IMG/VR virus record: IMGVR_UViG_3300025016_000004
DNA length: 64,000 nt
From: a virus
Taxonomy: Duplodnaviria > Caudoviricetes
Direction: 5' to 3' (one strand)
Under the pieces are notes generated by a model, which saw only the letters and a list, made by a program, of their open reading frames with translations, had not been told where the DNA came from and did not search any database. Below, piece by piece: positions 58,808 through 64,000 of this stretch (its first letter is position 1; every line of letters begins with the position of its first letter). The position numbers were made by a program, and so were the translations under genes.

Positions 58808-61147
58808 CTACTTTTCAGTGCCAAAAACAAGTTTTTTGTAATATTTAGCACGATTTTCTGTAACTTTATCCATTGAGTAGGTTTCAGCCACAGTATTATA
58901 TAAATTATCCCCAAGTATTTTTATCATCTCAGGGTTTTGTATCAATTTTTTAAGGTATTGATACCATTGTTTATGATTCCTATGAGAATCAACCAATAAA
59001 CCATTTTTAGTTAAATCAATTTCACCACCTTTTTGAAATGCATTTTGAATATCAATTGTATAAGGACCATAATTTTGAGCGATTAACGCCTTTTTATGGA
59101 AACCGCTTTCAATTACCTTTAATTGACTTTTAACTTTATTGAAGGTATGTTCAGTCAACGGTGCTAATGAAATATCAAATAAATTATAATTGGTCGCATA
59201 ATTGGTGATTGGTTTTGTCCAAACTCTTCTGTACGGCTCTTGCATAATGCTAGGGAATTCTTCAGTCACATATCTCAATAAATGCTCTTTATATTCTTTT
59301 GAAATTGTCGTATAATCATTGGTGAATATTTTTTCATATTCACACCAAACTGTTTCGTGTGGTAATATATCTCTTTGAGTTTGTTCACCTGTATCTTTGT
59401 TAATTGAATTAACCTTACCTCTAGTATCAAACCCACATAACACAAATTGTATTTTATCTAATAACCCGTCACCTTTTAATTTAGAAACTAATTGATTTAA
59501 TAATTTTAAATCTGCTAAATGACTATTCCCAATCCAAAATGCTTTACCATTTCGTCTAATATATATTATATGATTTTGAACTTCAACGCAATAAACATTT
59601 CCTTTATAATATTTTTTATATTGGTCATCTGTTTTAATTAAAGGGGTATTTTTATTATGTTTACTAACACTAGGGTGTTTTGTAAAATTAACAACTAATG
59701 AATCAAATTGGTTAGTGATTTTACGGCCTTTAATCATAGACGTTCTTTTACCTCGATTAGTAATGGTGGCTGAAATACCTAATTTTAATGCCATTTCTTG
59801 TAAATCATTGGCTAACGCTGATGAAGAGGTAAAAGCTCTAGTTCTACCATATTTGTTATTTTCAATATGACCATCACCATTAATAAACCATTCTAAAAAT
59901 ATCTTTAATTGCCTAGATGACAAATTTAATATTTCTTTAGGTATAAATTTTTCTGTAGCGGTACCAAAATCAGATAAATAATTCCATAATTGTTTATCAA
60001 AGACTCTCAATTGTTTTTTATCTTTAGTGTATTTTGGGTTAAATCCCATTTTAGTTAACAAATTAAACATATGCTCCAAATAATGATTATCTTTAGATTG
60101 AGCAATACCTACTTGATGTAAACCCTTACTTTTACTAGTCCAACCTTCAGCCATCCAAAAGCCGAAAAACTCTAACCAATCATTCATTTCTATCATAGTA
60201 TCAGTCCCATATTTTTCATATAAATCAACCCCATACTTATTTTTTTTATGTCCTTTTATAAAATTTTCATTATAAGCTTCTTCAAATTCGAACTTTAATT
60301 CAGTATAACTAGCTAAATTAGGTAATATAAAATATTCTACCTCATTACCAATCCAATTAGCATTTTTTCTAACATGAAAATTTTTACCATATATTTTTTC
60401 TGATTGTACTAACCCTAAATTCAATTTTTTATGAGTTAAATTCTTAGCTTCTGATGCGTACATATTATGGTTTGGTGTAACTTCATACTCAATTAACCCA
60501 TTTTTAGCACAATTTAATTCACCATCGAATGGTTCACATATATACCCACTTGGTTTATGATATTCCAAATAATTAGTTTCTGGGTTTAATGTTACTACTT
60601 TTTCAGTCTTATCTAACTCATCAAATCGTTTCCAACCACCATCAGTTAAAATTTCGGTATCTGGAGTCATACAACTCCCACCTAACCAACCAATTCTGAT
60701 TTTATCAGAAGGTTCTGGGTTTGAAGTGTATTGTTTTTCTGTTGGGTCAATAGCATTTGGTAAGACTACAACATTCTTGTTATGTTTTTTAATTTCATTT
60801 GCAAAAATTTCTGTTGTTGTTATAATATTCTCAGCAATTTTTAAATTATTAAGGATTTTTTTATCCAAATCATTATTTTTTATAATATGATATGCTGGGT
60901 GAGTCATATCTGGTAACCAATAATCATCTAAATCCATAACTGTAGGGATTCCTAATGATTTTAATTTTTCTAATAATCCTTCCATTTGGTCATAATTACC
61001 CAAAGCTCTATGATAATGAATTAGGTCGTATTGTTTTAACCAATCGTCATCATGTAATTTTGGCTCATATTCAATATCCACATGAAATTCATCTGGATAT
61101 AATTTTTCTAAATGTAAGTTTGGCTTGGTTGAACGAAAATAGCTCAA
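58808..61147 (-). CDS. GT4-like glycosyltransferase with intein; N-terminal strand lies in another frame (61144-61188)
   Basis: MDLDDYW, LPNAID, IGWLGGS/SH, DISLAPL, FNKVKSQLKVIE. Confidence 0.85.
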   Translation of the reverse strand: MSYFRSTKPNLHLEKLYPDEFHVDIEYEPKLHDDDWLKQYDLIHYHRALGNYDQMEGLLEKLKSLGIPTVMDLDDYWLPDMTHPAYHIIKNNDLDKKILNNLKIAENIITTTEIFANEIKKHNKNVVVLPNAIDPTEKQYTSNPEPSDKIRIGWLGGSCMTPDTEILTDGGWKRFDELDKTEKVVTLNPETNYLEYHKPSGYICEPFDGELNCAKNGLIEYEVTPNHNMYASEAKNLTHKKLNLGLVQSEKIYGKNFHVRKNANWIGNEVEYFILPNLASYTELKFEFEEAYNENFIKGHKKNKYGVDLYEKYGTDTMIEMNDWLEFFGFWMAEGWTSKSKGLHQVGIAQSKDNHYLEHMFNLLTKMGFNPKYTKDKKQLRVFDKQLWNYLSDFGTATEKFIPKEILNLSSRQLKIFLEWFINGDGHIENNKYGRTRAFTSSSALANDLQEMALKLGISATITNRGKRTSMIKGRKITNQFDSLVVNFTKHPSVSKHNKNTPLIKTDDQYKKYYKGNVYCVEVQNHIIYIRRNGKAFWIGNSHLADLKLLNQLVSKLKGDGLLDKIQFVLCGFDTRGKVNSINKDTGEQTQRDILPHETVWCEYEKIFTNDYTTISKEYKEHLLRYVTEEFPSIMQEPYRRVWTKPITNYATNYNLFDISLAPLTEHTFNKVKSQLKVIESGFHKKALIAQNYGPYTIDIQNAFQKGGEIDLTKNGLLVDSHRNHKQWYQYLKKLIQNPEMIKILGDNLYNTVAETYSMDKVTENRAKYYKKLVFGTEK
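59525..60673 (-). mobile_element. LAGLIDADG intein in the glycosyltransferase, 383 aa, penultimate Gly
   Basis: WLGGS|CMTPDTEILTDGGW...VTPNH...GFWMAEG...FINGDG...VYCVEV...WIGN|SHLAD. Confidence 0.9.
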
Positions 61148-61227
61148 CTTACCCCAGTACGGTCTGAAGGGACTACAAGTATCTTCATTTTTTGACCTAC
61201 TGGGGTATCAATTTTGTTTGTTTTCAT
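61144..61227 (-). CDS. Recoded replacement N-terminus of the glycosyltransferase (27 aa, or 14 aa from ATG 61188), out of frame with the gene body
   Basis: MKTNKIDTPVGQKMKILVVPSDRTGVS-stop; body continues (TTG) AGC TAT TTT CGT = SYFR. Confidence 0.75.
   Translation of the reverse strand: MKTNKIDTPVGQKMKILVVPSDRTGVS
61150..61207 (-). other. Strong RNA hairpin starting immediately after the HE stop codon and enclosing the replacement AUG
   Basis: TACCCCAGTA-GGTC ... GACC-G-TACTGGGGTA (14 bp, one bulge) plus inner TGAAG/CTTCA. Confidence 0.75.
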
Positions 61228-61975
61228 AATATTTTATTATTTCGTTTATTAGTTCTGGGTTTCTTTTATAATCACTTTCCCAAATAACTTTACTATTATA
61301 ACCATTTTTTTTCGCTAAGTAAAGCTTTTTATTATCACATAACCAAATTTCTTTGGCTGTTTTACTTTTTTTCTTATGCCAATACTCAGCATTATATTTT
61401 TTTGGGTTACAATGCCAATAATCACCATTATACTCTATTAATAAATTAAATTGTGGGACGTAAATATCAAAAATTTTACTTCCTATTCTATAATTAGGTT
61501 CACAATTAATACCTACTTCACTTAATTTATTTATTATTTCATCTTCAGCTTTAGACCTATTATAACTTTTTAATTCACCATTCATTATCCTTTCTTTCAT
61601 CAACTTACTCATTTTAACCCTAACACCTTCCATTTCACCACTTGCCCATAATTTTTTTTTCATATCACTAAACATTTTTCTATATTTTGGTTTAGACATG
61701 TGATTACTGGTGGAAACCCCTATTTTTGATTTACTTATCTTGTTTTTAGTTTCTTCAGTATGGGTTTTATTATAAAATGGGTTACCAACACCTTTTTGTT
61801 TTTTTAATGAACATTTTTTACATATACCTTTCTTTTTTAAATTTCTAGCTAAATAATATTCTTTTGAGGCTTCAACTAATATTTTATTTTTACATAAATG
61901 GCATTTGTAAAAAGAATACCATTTCTGGTTATCAACATTAAATTTGAAGTGTTTATATTTTTCATTTGATTCCAT
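61208..61975 (-). CDS. Free-standing homing endonuclease, DUF559/Vsr-like
   Basis: SKAEDEI, FDIYVPQFNLLIEYNGDYWHCNP, VIWESDY; N-terminal CHLC/CKKC. Confidence 0.85.
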   Translation of the reverse strand: MESNEKYKHFKFNVDNQKWYSFYKCHLCKNKILVEASKEYYLARNLKKKGICKKCSLKKQKGVGNPFYNKTHTEETKNKISKSKIGVSTSNHMSKPKYRKMFSDMKKKLWASGEMEGVRVKMSKLMKERIMNGELKSYNRSKAEDEIINKLSEVGINCEPNYRIGSKIFDIYVPQFNLLIEYNGDYWHCNPKKYNAEYWHKKKSKTAKEIWLCDNKKLYLAKKNGYNSKVIWESDYKRNPELINEIIKYYENKQN

Positions 61976-62004
61976 AAATTATTTATTAATAAATATGGAA
62001 AAAT

Positions 62005-62076
62005 TTATAAAAAGTTTAAGTATGATACACCTGTTCTGTCACTTGGGACAACTAAGATTTTTATTTTTTTACTCAT
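62005..62076 (-). pseudogene. Displaced original 5' end (stub) of the glycosyltransferase gene
   Basis: MSKKIKILVVPSDRTGVSY then LNFL-stop. Confidence 0.88.
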
Positions 62077-62125
62077 TCTAAAATTCACTTAAACAAGTAT
62101 AAGGAAATAAAAAGAATAAGTAAAT

Positions 62126-62153
62126 AAAAAAACCCACTTAAAGTGGGTTTTTT
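62126..62153. terminator. Bidirectional terminator
   Basis: AAAAAAACCCACTT-a-AAGTGGGTTTTTT. Confidence 0.75.
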
Positions 62154-62156
62154 ATA

Positions 62157-62750
62157 TTATTTAGTTGATTTTGGTGTAACTTTTATCTTACCTTCTTTGA
62201 TAAGAGTGGTAATAGTCCTTTTAATTGTAGTTTCAGTTAAATTTTTGGTAAAGGTAGTAGCCATAAAATCTAATAATTTATCTTGAATCTTTTTATCTAA
62301 CTCAGCTTCAGTCATTGTAATTAACATTTGACCTTTTGAATTTACGATTGTAGTTTCATTAATTTGAGAAACTTGAGTTTGTGTAGGTTGTACATATTGA
62401 GCTTGTGGTGCTATTTGTGGTCTAACTAATTTCTTAACATCATCTAAAGAAAATGTTGGCCCACCACCACTAGCCATTTCAAATTTAGGTATTGGGTTTT
62501 CTACCATAGCTCTTTTTATTGCTTCAGGCATTTTACTTTTTTCTAAATTTTGATATGTATTACTGATTTGTCTAGCTGGGTTTGTATGAGGTGTTGCGCC
62601 ATCTGGCAACGCTTCTAATAAATCAACATTACCCGTTAATGTTTCATTTATTATTGTATGGTCAACTTTAAAGTTCGTATTATTAACTTTATCCATTACA
62701 GCTTTGGCCCCACCAAGCATTGCTTCTAATCTTTCTTTACTTACGTCCAT
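62157..62750 (-). CDS. Hypothetical protein, putative internal head protein
   Basis: IINE and QINE motifs; Gln/Pro-rich linker. Confidence 0.55.
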   Translation of the reverse strand: MDVSKERLEAMLGGAKAVMDKVNNTNFKVDHTIINETLTGNVDLLEALPDGATPHTNPARQISNTYQNLEKSKMPEAIKRAMVENPIPKFEMASGGGPTFSLDDVKKLVRPQIAPQAQYVQPTQTQVSQINETTIVNSKGQMLITMTEAELDKKIQDKLLDFMATTFTKNLTETTIKRTITTLIKEGKIKVTPKSTK

Positions 62751-62753
62751 TTT

Positions 62754-63419
62754 TTAATTCTTTATATTTTCTATTTCCTCTTGGTCAGTATCTTGGTTAT
62801 TAACTTGGTTATTAACTTGGTTACTAACTCGGTTACCTTTTTCATCCGCTACTTTATCGCTATATAAATTACTATATTGGTAATCTTTAGCTGTTGGATA
62901 ATTAGGTTGAGGCTTTTCTTCATTATCAGCTCTATTTCTAACTAGTGGCTCATTAGTTTTTTTAGTATCTAAATTACTTTGCCAGTTAGCATGTCTTTGT
63001 CTATATTTATCTAAATTTTTATCACTAAATATAGCCATATTAGCCATACCATCATTATTTGGTATGTTAAGTGTTTTATCACCTAAAGCGTTATATAACT
63101 CATCAGGTGGTGCATAAAACGTAAAGTTAGTGGGGGTTATTGTCATTTTATTAGTTAAAAATGTTTTCCAACGAATTATTTTACCGTTTTTATCCCTTTT
63201 TAAATTTGGCCCAGATATTTGATAAACCCTAACTGCGTTATTACCTTTAGATGTTTTACCCATTGCCAAAATTTGACAATACCTAGGCCCACTATTACTA
63301 TCTATACTGTTATCTTCATAACTAATATTAACCGCACGATTGTTATTTATTACATCTTGGATGGTTTTTATATCAGTTCCTTCTAATATAACCTCTTTAT
63401 ATAAATTGTAAAGCTTCAT
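62754..63419 (-). CDS. WYL-like domain protein with low-complexity C-terminal tail
   Basis: AVNISYED...GPRYCQILAMGKTSKGNNAVRVYQ...WKTFLTNKM; tail NQVNNQVNNQD. Confidence 0.45.
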   Translation of the reverse strand: MKLYNLYKEVILEGTDIKTIQDVINNNRAVNISYEDNSIDSNSGPRYCQILAMGKTSKGNNAVRVYQISGPNLKRDKNGKIIRWKTFLTNKMTITPTNFTFYAPPDELYNALGDKTLNIPNNDGMANMAIFSDKNLDKYRQRHANWQSNLDTKKTNEPLVRNRADNEEKPQPNYPTAKDYQYSNLYSDKVADEKGNRVSNQVNNQVNNQDTDQEEIENIKN

Positions 63420-63427
63420 TTAAAAAT

Positions 63428-63754
63428 TTATTCAATAGTTACTTGCCCTACGTTACCAGTTGTATCTGGATGCTTGTAAGTGTTATCACTATTAAATTGA
63501 TTAATAATAGTGTTACCAATCCTACCAGACCCCGCAGCACTAGGTACTCCATAGATATCATAATACCCACCACCATTAGCACTGTCAAATTGTACGCCAG
63601 TACCTTTACCATGAATTGGTGTAATATCATCACTCTTAGCTCTAGTATGTATAGCTGAGTAATTGTGACTAATGTCGAAATTATTAAACGTGTTGTTTGT
63701 TAATAATTGTTGTCTTGCTGCAATTGCAGCTTCTTCTAATTTGTTAGATGCCAT
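63428..63754 (-). CDS. Small Gly/Asn-rich probable virion protein
   Basis: HTRAKSD...HGKG...GGGYYDIYG...SGR. Confidence 0.5.
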   Translation of the reverse strand: MASNKLEEAAIAARQQLLTNNTFNNFDISHNYSAIHTRAKSDDITPIHGKGTGVQFDSANGGGYYDIYGVPSAAGSGRIGNTIINQFNSDNTYKHPDTTGNVGQVTIE

Positions 63755-63767
63755 AATTAATTGTTTT

Positions 63768-64000
63768 TTATTTTCTATTCATATACTCTATTAAATATTT
63801 AATAGATTCTATTTCTTTATTATAAGCTTCAGTTTTCCTGTCACTTGATTTATATATTTCATCACCTCTTAATATCTTATCTGATACTTTACCTTTGGTG
63901 ATATCAATCATTCCACTATCTGGATTCGTTGGGTTTGCGTTATCGTTATCCTTTTCATGTGTTCGAATGAATTGGTTTTCTAACCCAGCATCCATTTTAG
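63768..64000 (-). CDS. C-terminal part of a hypothetical protein, probably starting beyond the window
   Basis: Frame stays open to the window edge upstream of ATG 63995. Confidence 0.5.
   Translation of the reverse strand, partial: KMDAGLENQFIRTHEKDNDNANPTNPDSGMIDITKGKVSDKILRGDEIYKSSDRKTEAYNKEIESIKYLIEYMNRK

Noticed and set aside
6082-61146. Stop-codon reassignment (TAG or TGA) as in some large Bacteroidota phages
   Set aside because: Long genes translate intact with code 11, and the breaks at 6084, 7514 and 61144 continue in other frames, so readthrough would not repair them.
61147-61152. GTAAGT at the glycosyltransferase frame break resembles a spliceosomal 5' splice site
   Set aside because: Phage context, and only 5 nt would need removing; treated as coincidence.
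28068-62019. Group I or II introns as the explanation for HE genes inside host genes
   Set aside because: There is almost no non-coding space for a ribozyme core around the HE ORFs, and the N-terminus is duplicated downstream, which splicing would not need.
2229-63658. Many antisense or alternate-frame ORFs in the track (e.g. 2229-2612+, 7870-8178-, 17114-17452-, 21725-22057-, 33414-33770+, 58024-58458+)
   Set aside because: They shadow well-supported genes, show the Ser/Leu/Ile/Phe-rich composition typical of reverse-complemented coding DNA, and have no motifs.
1-64000. tRNA, rRNA, CRISPR array, transposase or integrase
   Set aside because: No T-loop/cloverleaf, repeat-spacer array or recombinase motif found by eye; a tRNAscan-SE or CRISPR finder run would be needed to exclude them fully.

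Overview
AT-rich segment of a large T4-like (gp17/gp20/gp21/gp23-type) tailed phage. The host is probably Bacteroidota, judged from several TTG-N19/20-TAnnTTTG promoters, no obvious Shine-Dalgarno sites and a small lipoprotein. Layout: (i) 1-4858, minus strand: a ClpC-like ATPase gene fractured inside a split intein, with a homing endonuclease (HE) gene and a small ORF between the halves. (ii) 4971-25114, plus strand: head module with putative internal head proteins, terminase, portal, prohead protease, scaffold and major capsid protein (MCP). (iii) 25218-35141, minus strand: small ORFs, rmlB, baseplate/virion genes and a gp55-like sigma factor. (iv) 35148-61147, minus strand: a ~26 kb sugar-nucleotide and glycosyltransferase island that also holds phoH and mazG. 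(v) 61208-64000: further probable virion genes. There are 8 inteins: 7 cis and 1 split, including two Ala1 class-3 inteins and one unusual Pro1 intein. There are 5 free-standing HE genes. The main hidden system: three of these HEs (two GIY-YIG, one DUF559/Vsr-like) sit inside host genes. Each leaves the original 5' end upstream as an unannotated stub and carries a diverged or synonymously recoded replacement 5' end downstream. In one case the replacement joins the gene body only through a possible 5-nt stop-hop next to a strong hairpin. Also notable: a candidate -1 frameshift on an A10 run, an MCP-peptide/tail-tube mosaic, and a compact three-way-junction RNA leader. No tRNA, rRNA or CRISPR array was seen. 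All assignments come from reading motifs by eye; no searches were run.
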